From NCBI GenBank assembly GCA_937860115.1, contig CALMBI010000091.1:1-44944 (forward strand): a stretch of DNA of 44,944 bases. Direction: 5' to 3'. Below are positions 44,898-44,944 of this stretch, in pieces. The stretch is from an uncultured Arcobacter sp. GTDB taxonomy: Bacteria > Campylobacterota > Campylobacteria > Campylobacterales > Arcobacteraceae. Position 1 is the first letter of the stretch, and each line of letters opens with the position of its first letter. A model generated the notes under the pieces. That model was not told the DNA's origin and did no database searches. It saw only the letters and a program-made list of their open reading frames with translations. Position numbers and translations under genes: made by a program.

Positions 44898-44944
44898 TGA
44901 AAAAAATGGGTTGCTGAATTATTATTTTTTATTATAGTTGCTTA

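Noticed and set aside
1-44944. Search for CRISPR arrays, IS elements or transposases, integrases, prophage genes, restriction-modification, toxin-antitoxin or other defence genes, and for rRNA/tRNA
   Set aside because: No direct-repeat/spacer arrays, terminal inverted repeats, recombinase or nuclease motifs, or GC-rich structured RNA segments were seen. The intergenic regions are short apart from 23550-23900. The window looks like core chromosome plus a signalling island.

Overview
AT-rich chromosomal segment from a Campylobacterota (epsilonproteobacterial) genome. The rppH-lysC-hobA-holB-folP order, the fdx-gppA-waaC synteny and the icd-mdh-sucCD-oorDABC cluster all point that way, and the density of PAS/REC signalling genes suggests an Arcobacter-like organism. 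I support about 45 protein genes. I saw no rRNA, tRNA, CRISPR array, transposase, integrase or recognisable defence or toxin-antitoxin genes. Left to right: rho (partial), hemW, the rppH-lysC-hobA-holB-folP operon, a truncated KdpD-like/KdpE-like two-component pair fused to ktrBA, msrBA, proC with two overlapping orphan pseudopilin genes, uvrA coupled to a NUDT16-type Nudix gene, a truncated waaC-like remnant, gppA/ppx, a ferredoxin, an IMPase-family gene and a PAS-GGDEF(degenerate)-EAL protein. A 10.7 kb co-oriented TCA block follows (icd, mdh, split class I fumarase, sucCD, a small lipoprotein gene, oorDABC). After it come mltG, a 1155-aa AsmA/YhdP-like envelope protein with five internal tandem repeats, dnaB, an unknown membrane protein, a DEAD-box helicase and a signalling island at 39.4-44.9 kb. 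The best candidate for something undescribed is that island. It holds three paralogous receiver genes, one inactivated by an in-frame TAA. It also holds a CheA-class kinase with an Aer-type PAS sensor that lacks a CheW-like P5 domain and instead ends in a CheX-like phosphatase domain with an intact D-x3-E-x2-N motif, followed by a second PAS histidine kinase. All homology statements come from reading the translations and recalling family motifs. No database search was run.
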